DNA from: Octopus sinensis
Lineage: Eukaryota
NCBI RefSeq assembly: GCF_006345805.1
Contig: NC_043001.1
Location: forward strand, 109,430,001-109,494,000
Direction of reading: 5' to 3'
Length of the DNA stretch: 64,000 nucleotides
Within the stretch, counting starts at the first letter, position 1; each line of letters begins with the position of its first letter. This document shows, in pieces, positions 63,859-64,000 of this stretch. Both the position numbers and the translations under genes were made by a program. The notes under the pieces were generated by a model. The model saw only the letters and a program-made list of their open reading frames with translations. It ran no database searches and had not been told where the DNA came from.

Positions 63859-64000
63859 CATACCTACATACAAACATACTTACATTTATAAATATATATA
63901 TATATTTATATATAATATTTACACGCGCATATACACACATATATATGCACATATACTCCTGTGCGTGCGTGTTTACATACTACTACGTATATACATGCGT

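Overview
AT-rich, repeat-dominated eukaryotic DNA. The SINE families and microsatellite load look like an octopus genome (inference from recognised repeats; no database search was run). No intact host gene, rRNA, true tRNA or CRISPR array is supported, and most predicted ORFs are microsatellite artefacts. Recognisable content: many tRNA-derived SINEs; R4/Dong-type retrotransposon ends in (TAA)n arrays; a 3.8-kb 5'-truncated Penelope-like element (PLE: RT + GIY-YIG with long Asn-rich inserts); other PLE fragments anchored in (AT)n; an RTE fragment; hAT, mariner and Merlin-like DNA transposon remnants. The main finding is a set of PLE-associated hammerhead ribozyme (HHR) motifs in four architectures: (i) non-circularly permuted, pseudoknotted HHR-like motifs (16647-16723 +, 46787-46859 +, 59662-59734 -, truncated copy at 54895) with the same helix order, near-identical linker lengths and compensatory base changes across two unrelated primary sequences; (ii) a ~362-bp tandem/inverted array (14547-16016) with minimal type I HHRs carrying a U3-A8 core; (iii) a type I HHR with a long helix II near the end of the PLE 3' region (21969-22059); (iv) minimal HHR variants with an extra core nucleotide. 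All folds were derived by eye and none has been tested for cleavage.
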